This document shows, piece by piece, positions 27,251 through 41,610 of a DNA stretch of 64,000 bases. A program made the position numbers and the translations under genes. The DNA comes from Octopus vulgaris (taxonomy: Eukaryota). The notes under the pieces were generated by a model, which was not told the DNA's origin, ran no database searches, and saw only the letters and a list, made by a program, of their open reading frames with translations. Position 1 is the stretch's first letter, and each line of letters begins with the position of its first letter. The stretch is taken from the NCBI GenBank assembly GCA_951406725.2, contig OX597823.1:51274001-51338000 (forward strand). The letters run 5' to 3'.

Positions 27251-27574
27251 TAAAGAAACTAATCTTGTAAGATCTGAAGATCAGCTTGCAAAAAGGAAAT
27301 GTTTCGTACAAAGAACAATATTTCACAAACCACGATTATTATAATATTTGAAATATTTTAAAACAGTACGGAAAATATAGTAAAATACATGAAAACTACA
27401 AACAATATATCTTTAGAATTACTTTCCACCTTTTTCCACAATGTCTTCCCGTTTATTATTTTATATTTTTTACTTCTATGACCTTTCTTTTATTTACATA
27501 TGGTTTCTTTGAAAGATAATCAAAGCCATTCGCCTTTCTCTTATTTTCACAACTACAATATTTAGAATGCATAA

Positions 27575-27980
27575 ACTAGCAGAGTCAACAGCACGCTGGA
27601 CACAATGCGTAGCAGTATTTTCGTTCGTCTTTACGTTCTGAGATCAAATTCCACCGGGGTCGACTTTGACTTTCATCCTTTCAGGGTCGATATAATAAGT
27701 ACCAGTTGAGCCCTGGGGTCTATATAATCGACTTACCCCGTCATCCGAACTTGCTGACCTTCTGTCAAAATTTAAAGCTAATATTTAGAACAGTTATAGT
27801 GGCAAGCTGGCAGTATCATTAGCACGCCGTTCCGAGATAAAGTCCTGCCTAGATTGATTTGCCTTTCATCCTTTCAGGGTCGACAAAATAAGTTCCAGTT
27901 GAGCGCTGGGGTCGAATTAATCGATTTACCCCTCACTCGAACCTGCTGGCATTGTGACTAAAATTTGAAACCAATATTTA
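27575..27980 (+). mobile_element. Two tandem SINE A copies
   Basis: CTTTCATCCTTTCAGGGTCGA occurs twice, and both copies end in AATATTTAGAA. Confidence 0.8.
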
Positions 27981-28375
27981 GAATGCTTGTCTTCATCATT
28001 AATTTCCATTCGCTGGACCGATTTCAGAATCTGACTAGTTTTAATTCATGTTAATAAATTTGTTTTGCTATAAGTAACCCTATGTAATGAAGAAAGCTTT
28101 CTGACTGTCTCTGTTAATTGTTCCTCGCCGGAATCATCTCAACTCTGATAGAATTCTATGGGCCAATATTCCACCGAGGACTTACTTCCGGGACATTACT
28201 TTCGCATTGCTTAATTTTATTGTTCCTTTTCGTCAATTACACTTTTGTTTGTTTCGTTTTGTTATATTCGAAATGAATAGTCTCACTGACAAAGAATGTT
28301 GACTGAAGTGAAAATCTCACATTGTAGATTAAAAATATATAATTTGATATTCTAAATACGAAGTTTTAATAATTC

Positions 28376-28376
28376 C

Positions 28377-28458
<82 letters not shown>

Positions 28459-28471
28459 GTATGTATGTATG

Positions 28472-28502
<31 letters not shown>

Positions 28503-28519
28503 GTATGTATGTATGTATG

Positions 28520-28567
<48 letters not shown>
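28376..28567. repeat. (TATC)n-(TATG)n-(TATC)n microsatellite
   Basis: Read directly. Confidence 0.95.
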
Positions 28568-28689
28568 AATCTGTGTGTATGTATATATGCACAAATGTAT
28601 GCACGTATGTTTGAAAGTACGTATGATGTATGTTTCTTCTGTATTTAATCATTAAAAATCTTCCTCTGAAGAAAGATCTGTTTCTAACA

Positions 28690-29945
28690 AAGATACAAAG
28701 CTCCATCTTCTGAAAGTAGATAAAGAAAACGATGTCACATTTTAAACCTGAGAAAAGTCTTGCATAGTTTTACTGTTCCGCTTACAGATTGTATTTGTAA
28801 CGTGCTAATCAGGTATTTGATTTCTTTTTCTGAAAATCCAAGCTTATCCAGACTGACAGTTAGGCAAGTGCTCTAATTACATTGGTATAAATGTAACTTT
28901 GTAATCTGGGTATAGTAGGTTTCGTAGTAGTTGTCCATATTTATCTTCTTTCTCTGATTTTCGTAAAGATATTCACATCAGCAGGACACCTGACCTCTGT
29001 GTTGGTAGATATTTTTTGTCTGTCCCAAACAGCAATAACTGACCTTTTATGCTTAGACCTGACAAATGTTTTGATGATAATGTTCCACCAATATCCCTTG
29101 CGCTGGTATTCTCTATATTTGTTTCAGGACAGTTTTTTTTTCTGATAGGCATTGTATATTGATGTTGGTATAACGTCACGTCGCATTGGGCAGGTGCTAA
29201 TCACGTGTGTGATGCCTTCCGCAGAAATATGACATAATCTACATTTACGGTTGCATCTTGGAACACTAAGAGCTTCACTGTCTCTTTTCTTGATTAGGTA
29301 TTTAGTAGAAATCTCCTGTTCTTGGATTGCAAACGCATAGCCTCCGAAGTGAGATGGGATGTAGCAGTCACGAGTCCTAGAGAGGCTTCGCTTCATGTCA
29401 CTGTTTTTATCATCTTCATCTTTACGAGAAACATACTCAGGTATTCTTTGAGGTATGCTTATTCAGTTGATTTTTGGTTGTGTGAGAGATCACCAGGAAA
29501 AAAGTAATCCCCGAGGAGCTCACTTCCAACATGTAGGATATTGTTTTCTTCGCGTTTCAGTATTAAATTAATGTATTTATTTTTGCTGCTGTTGTTTAAC
29601 AAGTACTGTCTGAGAGAGACTATGTGATATTCAAAGGTTGTCTGCACTGATCCCAAACCCCCTACCACCTTTATCTCTTCTTATGCAGAAACTCTCAATA
29701 TCACTATTTTTGTGAAGATTTCCAGTTGATGCTAGAATCTTGCGGGTGGATTTCTTCTATAGACCAGTCAAGCATCCTAAATGTTGCAATCAGCTCTGGT
29801 ACTGCAAATGCATTGAGGGATATTGTCATGTTGTAAGAGGAACAGTTCGGACTGTCATATTTTCTTTAGTTTGGTGTAATAATCTTGAGTCACACTTTAT
29901 TCACAATACCTTGGTATGATATATTTTCATCAATGCCAAGGTACT
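28690..29945 (-). mobile_element. R2/R4-group (RLE-type) LINE relic: RT thumb, CCHC knuckle and endonuclease
   Basis: Minus strand NAFAVP, RKILASTGNLHKNSDIE, GLGSVQ, FAIQEQEISTKY, CRLCHISAEGITHVISTCP, EKEDKY. Frameshifted. Confidence 0.85.
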
Positions 29946-30299
29946 TGTAGCATTCTTTGTGAGGGACAGGAGAGATAGTGAGACCATTGATACAAGGGTT
30001 CTCTGTCTGTCTCTATATCTGTCTCTATGTCTAGTTGTATATGTGTGAATTGTCTGTCTGTCTGTATGTATGTAAGTATGTATGTGTGTGTGTATTGCAT
30101 GTATGTATGTATGCATCTAAAGAAGAGCGAAGGGTGGAAACATCAAAGACTTCTTAGCATTTTTTCTGAGCGTCAAACTAACTCACCATGTTTCTTCCCT
30201 CACTTGTCTCTGTCTTTTTTGCTCTTTGTATAATTTCGAACCACGCATCCGCCCCTACACACACACACACACAAGCAGATACACACACGTATGCATGTA

Positions 30300-31179
30300 C
30301 TAGCTGACGTACCCGGTAATTCCCAGGAAAGCGTGGCTTATCCCTTTGTTCCATTCTTATAATTGTTTCGCTAATCCAATAATAACACTACCAAGTATGT
30401 TGCTCTTAAAACAGTTTTTGTGCATTTACAAAGAATACAGAACTGTCATACACAGGATCTTGTTTTTAGGAACTCCCAATAAGTTATGAATACCTAAAAT
30501 GTGAAGTCAGTTAGGTAATAACATGAAATTAGTTACCCAATAGTAATAATACAAATGAAGTAGGGCTTTAATGCGTTCCCAGAGTATATAGTAAGTATAC
30601 TAAAATCGTGAGGCATGTTACGTAATAACAGGCTAATCAGATATGATTTAATAACAATTCAAAGTAAATATTCTCAAAAGGGCTTTTGTGCGTTCCCAGA
30701 GAATACTACCCTCAGGGCGCTAGCGTTGGTATATTCGTGAATTAGTCACTAACCGAAATAAATGGGGAATATTGTTTAGGAAAATACTATTTACTTGTTT
30801 AAGGGTTGTACTGGATAAATTGCGAAAATAACTCTAACAGTTCAAATACTAAGAAATAAGCATAATCAATTTGATTTATACCAAATAATTTTGGAAAATG
30901 ATTGGGTTTTTTCCTTTAGCTATATGTAAGGATCACTTCCAGGGGCGAATGGGTTATTTCTCTTGGCTGTTAAAAGAAAATATATTAGATATATATAAGG
31001 ATGCCTTCCAGGGGCCCTATTATCGATTTTGTCTACAATCTGAGTATGGCAGGAGGTTTCCAGACACGAATTCTACTCACGTGTCAAGTTTCATCAAAAT
31101 CGATAAAACGATGTAGGAGGAGTTAGCTAACAACTCCACGAACACATCCACAGACAGAATCTCCCTCATATGTAGTAGA
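30300..31179 (-). mobile_element. Non-autonomous Helitron
   Basis: Minus strand starts TCTACTACATATGAG...CTGTCTGT and ends CCTGGGAATTACCGGGTACGTCAGCTAG|T (subterminal hairpin, then CTAG). Confidence 0.7.
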
Positions 31180-31574
31180 GTTATGCATCTATGTATGTAT
31201 TTATGTATTTATGTGTGTATGTATGTATATTTCAAGGGTAATTAGTTTAATACCAATAACAATACGTAAATTTAATAAACAATATTTCTTTACCAGGTTT
31301 TCAAATCGGATTCAAGAAATCCTCTTGTATTTTTAACAATTCCTCCTTATTTAAACCCAAGGCGAGAAATTCTGAACGGCGAAGTTAGTCGATAGCATCA
31401 ACCCCAGGACTTGGTAGGTACTTTATTCCACTGGGAGACTATAGGTTTTGATCATAAAATGTAACGCCTAGGAAGAAATAATCATTTCTATTATAGGCAC
31501 AAGGCCTGAAATTTTGGGGGACGGGGACAGACACACACAAATATATACATATCAGTAAATATATATATATATAT

Positions 31575-31821
31575 ACGACAGGCTTCTTTCAGTTTCCGTC
31601 TAACAAATCCTCTCACAAGGCTTTGATCGGCTCGAGGCTATAATACAAAAAACTGGTGCAAGGTGCCACGCAGTGGAACTGAACTCAGAACCATGTGGTT
31701 GGCATGCAAACGTTTTGGTCACACAACCATGCCTGCGCCTATATGGCCACGTCTGCGCGTATATAGCCACGCCTGCTTCTATATGACCACACTTGCTCGT
31801 ATATAGTCATGTCTGCGTCTA
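31575..31821 (-). mobile_element. SINE B 5' half followed by diverged 20-bp tandem units derived from its head
   Basis: CGACAGGCTTCTTTCAGTTTCCGTC...CCATGCCTGCGCCTAT, then ATGGCCACGTCTGCGCGTAT, ATAGCCACGCCTGCTTCTAT and two further units. Confidence 0.8.
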
Positions 31822-32155
31822 TTTATTTGTAAGTAGAAATATTGATATGACTGATAAGGATTGAAAAACATTTAAAATAGTTTTTTTTTTACCATTACAC
31901 ATGTTACATTTGCTCCTACGAATTACAAAGTTGCCCACGTAAGAGAAATGTGTAACATATCTCCTATTAGAAATTCTTCAGACAGAGAATAAAAAATGTT
32001 AGTCTGCAAAAAATATTTCCCAGAATTTTCAAATCCTATGCATACCTCACGCAATAAAAAAACATCTGCATACTGATTTTATATCCTGGAATAAGCAAAT
32101 GTGCTTCAAGAAGACACAGCTTGGATTTAAACCCCATCTACATTATATGTATGCA

Positions 32156-32217
32156 CTAGTTGGCCCCGTGCCGTCAAAGATAACGGCTATTTGTAGCCTT
32201 TTATATATAAATATAGA
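32156..32217 (-). mobile_element. 62-bp minimal Helitron
   Basis: Minus strand A|TCTATATTTATATATAAAAGGCTACAAATAGCCGTTATCTTTGACGGCACGGGGCCAACTAG|T has 5' TC, a GCCGT/ACGGC hairpin 10 nt before CTAG, and an A|T target. Confidence 0.75.
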
Positions 32218-32468
32218 TGGTAAATCAAATTAATTCACTTGCCAATGTTATCTAGTTGTTGTCTTTTGAGATGTGACATCGATCATCGTTTGTTACTGAA
32301 AGAACGCTAGTTTACACATACAAACATTCACATACTTCCCTTGTACGCGCACACACATACACACATATACGCACCCAGAGGTGAAACGCTGTTTGATTTT
32401 TCCTTTTCAGCATTGAATTTTCACCATTCCACTTCTATTGCGCACACACGCACACACACACACACACA

Positions 32469-32535
<67 letters not shown>

Positions 32536-33033
32536 TCTCTCTCTCACACACACACTCTCTCTCTCTCACACACACTCTCTCTCTCACTCACACACACACA
32601 TTCACATACCTCCTTTTTACATATACACATATACTCACACAGAGTTGGAACGTTCACACTACTAGTTTGCCACCACCCCTTTCCTTTCAAATTCATCTAT
32701 CACCCTATCCTTTATCATTCATATGTTGTGACGGAGAAAAACACAAGAGTATTTTTACAGAAGATGTATGCGTGTATGTATATATTTATTACATATGTAT
32801 GTATGCATGATTGTATGTATGTATGAACTATACTTTCATATATATATACATAAATATATACGTGTGTGCATGTGTGTATGTATGTAGCATGGCTCTGATG
32901 TAGAGCCATGTTTGAAACGCTACTTCCACATCTATTTTGGTATCTAAAACTTACACTGAACATCAATCTAATATACTCATTTGTGTACGTCTAATTAATT
33001 GGTTGCTGTTGCTTTTTCCTGTCTGTTATTTGC

Positions 33034-33146
<113 letters not shown>

Positions 33147-33161
33147 CGTGTATGTATATAA

Positions 33162-33233
<72 letters not shown>

Positions 33234-34007
33234 TATAAATGTGTGTGTATATAAATAAAGCATTCAGTGTGCTTATATTTCGAACCTAAGTTATTTTATT
33301 TGTCGTAATTTAACTTAACTGGGTTTATAATGAACTTCTGACCCAAGTTTACAACCATCATCCAATATACTATGGCCAATATTCGCTCTATGGAAAAGAT
33401 AACTATTCTAGCTGAAAATTAGCTTGACCAATATTAGCCAAATCTTCATACATTTACAGTAGATGAACATAAAGATTTGGCCATGCATAAAACCAATTCT
33501 TATCACTATTGTAGCACGCCATGGGATAGCAATGATTTCCAGTATGTTCAAACGTTGAAATACCAAATATTGCACCGAACATTGCCAGGCTCGGCAAGAA
33601 TTATTTGAAAATGTTAGCAAATCATAGATATTACATTTCATGCCAACAATGATCTGGAAAATAAATAATAGCTGATTAAAAATACTCAATAGATAAAAAT
33701 AGTGTGAAGCACTGGAAGTGTATTGCAACGCTGTAATACATATATTCTGGAACGGATAACATATTTTATATGTGTGAGTGTGCAATGTACCTATACGCAA
33801 GACGTATAAACATACATGCAGAGCAGGTCACACAAATATACACACGTATGCAAATATATGCAAGTATGTGTATGTATGTTTAATATATCATATTAATACG
33901 AATACATATTCATAAATACAAACATACGTAAAAAGATTGTTATAACACAGATGTGTACTTAAAAATGTATATGTGAGTGTGTTTGTATATGCGCATGTGT
34001 GTTTGTT

Positions 34008-34073
<66 letters not shown>

Positions 34074-34095
34074 TGTGTGTGTGTGTGTTATGTAC

Positions 34096-34343
34096 AACTC
34101 GTAGTAAATCAGAAGAACTGAATTTAATTTAAATATCACAAATCGAGTGAATGGTTTCGCTCGAAGCAAATGAAGTTATAAATAACAGTATGCAAATACT
34201 GTGTGTGTGTGCGTGCTGTGTATACATATTTGTGTGTGTAACTCGGAGTAAATCAGAAGAACTGAATTAAATTTAAATATTACAAGCTCAATAAATGATT
34301 TAACTCGAAGTGGATAAAATTATAAATAATAGCATGCAAATAC
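34096..34343. repeat. Two diverged ~105-bp direct repeats, each preceded by a TG-rich tract
   Basis: AACTCG(T/G)AGTAAATCAGAAGAACTGAATT...ATGCAAATAC at 34096-34199 and 34240-34343. Confidence 0.85.
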
Positions 34344-34669
34344 AGGCTAAGATTCGACACTTTTTCTCTAATGGTTTTTTTCAACCCAACATTTGCACTC
34401 TGTTGATTATAGCTTTATCTGCTTCTAGTTAAACCGTTCCTAAAATCAGAAGTTGTACTTTTTAATCCATTATGTTTGCTTAGATAACATTAGCACCGTT
34501 GTTTAGATCCATTAAAAATAACACACATTACAGACGTACACACATACATACGCACACATCCACACGTCAAAGTCACTATCCCCTATCCACACGCACACGT
34601 TCACACACTCTCACAAACACACACGCACGCACACCTTCGTAGCTCTCCTATCTAATTATCTTTGTCCAA

Positions 34670-34862
34670 CCAGTCGCCATGATTGACTGCTAAGTCCAAA
34701 AGTTTGTATTCTCTCTCTGTTTATTTCCCCATGCTGCTTTCTATTGAAGAGCATAGGCTCGAAACGTAAAAGACTCTCTCACCTTCCCGAGCGTCAAACT
34801 AATATACCTCCTTGTTGTTTATACACCTGTCTTCGTCTTTTATTTTTCTGTAAATTTCAACT
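34670..34862 (+). mobile_element. Hammerhead mini-element (GAAACGTH family)
   Basis: cttt-CTATTGA-a-gagc[atag]gctc-GAAA-cg-TA-aaag at 34737-34772. The tail runs into (TA)n. Confidence 0.75.
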
Positions 34863-34881
34863 ACATATATATATATATATA

Positions 34882-35060
34882 TTGGTAAAAACGGTAAGGA
34901 AAACAAAAGAAAGAGACCTCAATATTATGTAAATAGAGGAAATTTATCTGTAAAATAATATGTGACAATTATTCAATAGCCAAGATAAAACTCTGAGTTT
35001 CGGATGCCGAGGTGGAAATCCACAACACCATCTCTTCGATTATCTGGCCATCTGAAAAGT
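34882..35060 (-). mobile_element. TA-flanked mini-element with a near-complete type-I hammerhead
   Basis: Minus strand 35048-34979: gccagataa-TCGAAGA-gatg...gtgga[tt]tccac...catcc-GAAA-ctcagag-TT-ttatcttggc. Confidence 0.75.
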
Positions 35061-35218
35061 ATATATATATATATACTTGCCAAGTACTCCAATTATTATT
35101 GGTATGAATATGAATTCATTGACTGAATATAGAAGAGATTTCGAAGCACTTGTCGATAGATATCCTCTTTCTCTTTGATTTTCAAAGAGATATTTATATC
35201 TACAGGGTAGCTAACCAC

Positions 35219-35250
<32 letters not shown>

Positions 35251-35615
35251 TGTATGTATGTATGTATGTATGTATGTATGTATGCAGGTAGGTAGATAGA
35301 AAGGTCGGCCGGTCGGTAGGTAGGTAAGTGCGTGTTTGTGTTTGCGTTATGCTTGTTTCCACCACCTTTTGACAAGTGATGTTGCTTTGTTTGTTGTTCC
35401 CGTAACTTAGCGGTTCAACATAGATATCAGCCAGAATAAGTATGAAGCTGTAAAATAAGTACAGGGCTCAACTTGTTCAAATAAACTGCACAAGACGGTA
35501 CCCCAGCATGTTCACAATCCAATGACTAAAACAATTAAAAGTATCTCTCTATCTTTCTCTCTCACTCTCTCTCTATATCCACACACACACACATACACAC
35601 ATATATATATATAGG

Positions 35616-36711
35616 CTATCGTACAGTTATACAGTCTCCTGCCACCACCCCCATAGTATTCAAAATCCTAATAAAAGGTATCAGTAAACGGATTTCGATC
35701 TTATCTTCAAATAAATATATTTTCGACGCAGTGGCTCCCGTTTGCAATGAGGCTCTAGCGACCAGCGGGTTCAAAAAGGATATAGAATATATACCAGGAT
35801 TGAATAACCATAAAAGGAAACGCTGCCGCATGACCTTAAGGTTCGCTCCCCCTTCTCCCTAAAAATCCGGACATGCGTAGGTAAGATTTTTCTTAGGTTG
35901 GTTGATAAGCATTTCACGCGATCACACAAATATAGAAAGAGCTTTAACAGACATAATTTAAGAATCTCTTTCAGTTGTGCACCCAATGTTAATAAAAATT
36001 TACTTAGCACTCCTAAACTACGGACAGAGACAGATTGTTCATGCAGGATTAGAACTGAATGCCCAGTGGACGGCCGATGTTAACACTGGATCCACAGTGT
36101 ATCAAGCAAAGGTAGCCTCAAACAGATGCAGCACAAATATCAGTAACATCAATGCCAAGATAGAGACACGCACTAAAATTTATGTCGGAAATTGTGAATC
36201 CAAATTTAAAATTCGCCTTAACAACCACAGATCTTCTTTCAGAGTCCCGGAGAAACGCAACATAACAGCACTATCAGCATACGTATGGCACTAAAAGGAC
36301 TATCATACGCCTTTTAACGTCAGGTGGAAATTACTGGAGACTTGTGGACCCTATCGCAATGGAAGAAGACTGTGTAAATTGTGTATGGCAGAAAGATATT
36401 TTATCCTCATGAACTCACATGAGCAAGGAAGCTACCTGAACACCAGGACGAATGCCGTGGGGAGTTATCCACATTTTCGGAAAATTTTACTTCAAAATTG
36501 GAAAAACCTAGCTACCAAGCGAAGGAAGACAACTCGCCTGGTTATAATTTTTTAAGAAGAATATTTCTTGAACTATCACCGGCGTTCTTGTGTTTAAAAA
36601 AAAACATTCTTCGCAGAGAACCGTTATCGTTTAGAAAAACTGAAGAAATGTCTAATTCACGCTAGTTATGTAACGAATGGCTTTTTTCTATACTATTACG
36701 TTTCACATACA
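35616..36711 (+). mobile_element. Penelope-like retroelement 3' fragment (RT thumb/linker, GIY-YIG endonuclease, 3' UTR), pseudogenised
   Basis: KGISKRISILSSNKYIFD, FAPP, LVDKHF, FNRHNLRISFSCAPN, CSCRIRTECPVDGRC, VYQAKV, IYVGNCESKFKIRLNNHRSSFR, LSAYVW, CKLCMAE, LNTR. (TA)n at both ends; CTGAAGA at 36641. Confidence 0.9.
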
Positions 36712-36768
<57 letters not shown>

Positions 36769-37781
36769 TGTGTGTGTGTGTGTGCGACTATCATAAGTTC
36801 TGGCATACAATTGAGATTAAATATATCTGTGATGATTTTCGTTTTTATATTTGAGATTTACGGAAACCTTTTAAAGAGAAGTTTAACCAGGTTTGCTTCG
36901 CGAATTCTATGCTTGTAATTTAGGTTGGTTGTATTTATGATTGGGATTAGCCAGGCTTGTTCGGAGTTATTTGTAGGTGACATAGGACGTAGCCGGGATG
37001 TATTTTGGATGTCGTTGGGTTGCGTTTAGGAATGGCTATTTTGAGGACTGTCTATTTCTGTGGATGGTATGGGCTGAGAGAGTGATTAATGCTCACTGAA
37101 GCTGAGACTTTGGTTGGTAATTTGCAGGTATTATTGAGTAATTTCTCAAGAGATCGAGACATTCAATCGCAGAGCAAAGACAAAGTAAATATTGAGATAT
37201 GTCACAAAATGTGAAGGCAAAGTAGATTTGATGACAGTGAAGCATTAGTCGTCAGTAACAATGATAAAATGGGATCTGTGTACACGTGATTATATGTGTG
37301 TATATTTGTATGTGAACTTATGTAAGGTAAGAATGTATCTGTATGTCAGATGCTGAGGTGGAGGTAATCATAGGGACACAGCGGCAGAAAAGAGACATAC
37401 AAATAGACAAAGGAAAGATAGTGTGTGTGTCTTTGTGTGTCAATTTCCTGTTATAGCTGGATGACATCGATGTGTGTTGGTGAAGTGTACTGACATGGCA
37501 GTTTGGCAGTTTATTTCTGTACACGGCGGGCTCAGAATAAGTAGTACAAGGTTGCGTGAATGCACCAATATAGAGAGAATAAAGTGTGAACGGCAAGATA
37601 AAATGAGTATTCTTCAATACTTAATTGATTTAATAAAGCTTGAAAACTGTCAGATCACTTGTCAATATAATTTAAATACAAGGCAACAAAAATGGCTACT
37701 TCATATGGTGAAAGTATTAAAGAGAATGATCGAAAAACAACATACATACACATATATGCATATATACATATATATATGAAA

Positions 37782-37819
<38 letters not shown>

Positions 37820-37846
37820 GAATATATATATAAATATATTTGTATG

Positions 37847-38674
<828 letters not shown>

Positions 38675-38967
38675 CTGCGAGTGTGTAGGTATTTGAAAAG
38701 TGATTTGACCTAGAATAATGAAATGAAGATCAGTACAAAAAGAGAAGAATGTAAGTAAAAGATACATCAAAATATCGAAAGCTGTTAGGAAAAAGTCAAT
38801 CGATCGCATAAATTGCTGGCTTGTGCATAAAAATTATGTTATCAAATTTAGCAGTTTTAATTTGCGGAAAATGTAACAGCTTAAATTTGCAGAAAATCAA
38901 AATATAGCAGTTCTTACTTTGTAGGAGTGCCTTCATTTCATAGTATATACCACTACAGCTAATAATA

Positions 38968-39950
38968 ATTCTTTCAAATTTTGGTACAAGGCCAGCACTT
39001 TTAGGGGCAGGAACCAATCGATTACATCGACCCTAATGATCGACTGGTATACTTATTATAACAACCCCGAAAGGATGAAAAGCAAAGACAATCTCAGCGG
39101 AACTTGAACTCAAAAGGAAAAGACGGACGAAATGCTACTAAGCAATTTTTCTCCGGCGTGCTAATGATTCTGCCAGTGATTTGCCTTAATAATAGTGGTA
39201 ATAATGCTTTCAGATTTTGGCACAAAGCCAGCAAGTTCGGTAGAGCGGGTAAGTCAATTACATCGTCCCAAGTGCTAAACTGATACTTATCTTATTTTAT
39301 CAACCCCGGAAGTAAGAAAGGGAAAAGTTGACCTCGGTGTAATTTGAACTCTGAACGTTAAGTCGGACGAAATGCCGTTAAGTATGTTGTCCGGCGTGCT
39401 AACAATTCTGCCAGCTCACCACCCTTAGAATTAATTTTGTTTATTTTGCTCTATATAGTTAACATGCTGGCACAATTGTTAGCATCTCTGACAAAATGCT
39501 TAGTGGCTTCTCTTCCGGCTCTTTATGCTATGAGTTCAAATGCCACTGAGGTCGATTTTGCTTTTCATCGTTCCAGGATCGATATAATAAGTACCATGTA
39601 GTCGCCTGTCCTCTCCTCCGCAAATTCCAGACCCTATGCCTAATCCAGAAACAGTTTATTTGTTCTGCATAAATTCATATGAAAGTTACACTAGTCTAGA
39701 CTTCAATTTATTGATTTCTTTAATAAATTCCAGCTATTGGAATACATTATATTCTATTTTGAAAATTACTAATAACATAATTTATTCTAGTTTAGCACGT
39801 CGGGCAAAATGCTTAGCAGCGTTTCGTCCGTCTTTACGATCCGAGTTCAAATTCTGCCGAGGTTGATTTGCCATTCATTCTTTCAGAGTCGATAAAATAA
39901 GTACCAGATGAACACTAATCGATTTGGCCTTGTGTCAAACTTTGAAATCT
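38968..39950. mobile_element. Cluster of four SINE A copies: minus 38968-39188 and 39207-39425, plus 39463-39650 and 39790-39950
   Basis: Family A core motifs in both orientations. Confidence 0.8.
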
Positions 39951-40581
39951 AGATTCAGGTTTGGGGTTTTATCTTTTCTTTTCCGTTTTTCTAATATTTG
40001 CGATAGAACATATACGACCAAAGAGAATAAATTCTAATTTCATATATATTTCAAGTCCTTGTCTACACCATATATAATCTGTTTGACCCGTTCAAAATCC
40101 GTATTCGTTGATTCTGCTATAGACAATTTGCTTGCTGTATAAAAGAAAATGCTTTCAGCATTGTTCTTTGACGTCAGGAATTCAAAATTCGAAGTGGTTA
40201 GGTTTTCTTCACATTTTTACCGGGTGTATTACATAAATATCTATTATTGATAATATTAATGTTGCTGTTGTTGATGATGATATTGTTTAACTCAAGCTTG
40301 ACCAATCCATGAAAAAAATGCGTTCTAGACGTGATCATTCGTCTTCTATTTAGATATTGCTTAACTAGGAGTGCATATTGTTATGTATCCTGCGTTTAAA
40401 ATGGTCGAATGTAATTTGATTTTGATGGTCAATTTGATGCTATTTCTTGTAGGTCGCATTGGTGAATTCAATCGATTATTTCGGTCCTGAACTGGTAAAC
40501 GTTCTACCGATTTAAGCTATCAAAGAACTAATCTTAGAAACAGTACGAGCAGCAAAACACCAACAACAGCTGTAGCTGCAA

Positions 40582-40621
<40 letters not shown>

Positions 40622-40661
40622 GGTGGTAGTAGTATTGGTGGCAGTAGTAGTGGTGGTAGTG

Positions 40662-40698
<37 letters not shown>

Positions 40699-41244
40699 TA
40701 GTAGTAGTAATGATGATGATGGGGTTGTTGACTATTGTTATGGTGAAGTAGTAGTACAGACAACGATTGGTTTGGTAGCTGTGTAATACAATGAAAACAA
40801 AACTTATTAACGTGACAGACCCATTCCCAATCTCACAGACGTCGTTTTGACGTAAAAGTGATCTCCATAAAATAAGCTAAGAGGTTTGTTTTTCATTTTT
40901 TTATTCTTGATTCTTTTTCTTTATTTTTTTGTTCTCCCTTCTTAAAAACAGCATTCTTCAGTAAATAAGTCTTTCAAGAAATATGTACCCCAGAATGAGG
41001 TGTATCTTGTGTATTCATCCTTACGTCCGAATTCTATTTCAGAAGGGATCAGTGAATAATGTTTTTGACTTTCCCTCTATTTTTCTTTTTTTTCCTTTAA
41101 ATCCGGTGCTACGCTATCTCAACCGTCACCCTGATAATCCCATAACCTCAGCCACTGCTAGCGCAAATCTCCATCTTCACCGTTGCTATAACTGCCGCCA
41201 ACTTGTCTTACACTCTTTGTTCGCCTAACACCCTCTCCGTCTAC

Positions 41245-41246
<2 letters not shown>

Positions 41247-41276
<30 letters not shown>

Positions 41277-41610
41277 CTTCTTCTTCTTCTTCTTCTTCTT
41301 CTTCTTCTTCTTCTTCTTCAACACTATTATTGGGAGTAGTGTATAATTTCTGGTCAAATGACTTTTATTGATCCTAGCTGGCATACGTTGACCAAAGCTC
41401 TCTACTACCATCCTTCTTAGATGTCTGCTAACTCGTTCATTCGGCAAAGAACTGTGTCTTCCATGGCTGCAGGGCTCATCCAAGCACAACGAGCAAGTGA
41501 TTTCTTTGGTTCCACTTCAGTGAACCGAATTCCACTTTTTCCCAAAATATTATCCACCTCAGATTTTCTGAGATTTAAGTCTCAAACGGAAGAATCCCTT
41601 GTAGCAGTCT
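41247..41610 (-). mobile_element. Possible RTE-type LINE 3' relic with an (AAG)n tail
   Basis: (CTT)n tract next to a degenerate ARCAWMSPAAMEDTVL (cf. LRWLGHVARMED). Weak. Confidence 0.3.

Noticed and set aside
31722-31821. CRISPR-like periodic repeat
   Set aside because: There are no spacers, the units derive from a SINE head, and the context is eukaryotic with no cas genes.
33408-33800. 130-aa ORF (also the 122-aa ORF at 57739-58107)
   Set aside because: Non-ATG starts, overlap with simple repeats and no recognisable domain.
36030-36480. Selenocysteine recoding, as reported for some Naiad PLEs
   Set aside because: The Cys positions I could read use TGT/TGC, and the visible stops are TAA.
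36790-37160. Possible second GIY-YIG tail on the minus strand (HRIREANLVKL)
   Set aside because: The similarity is too short and degenerate to support a call.
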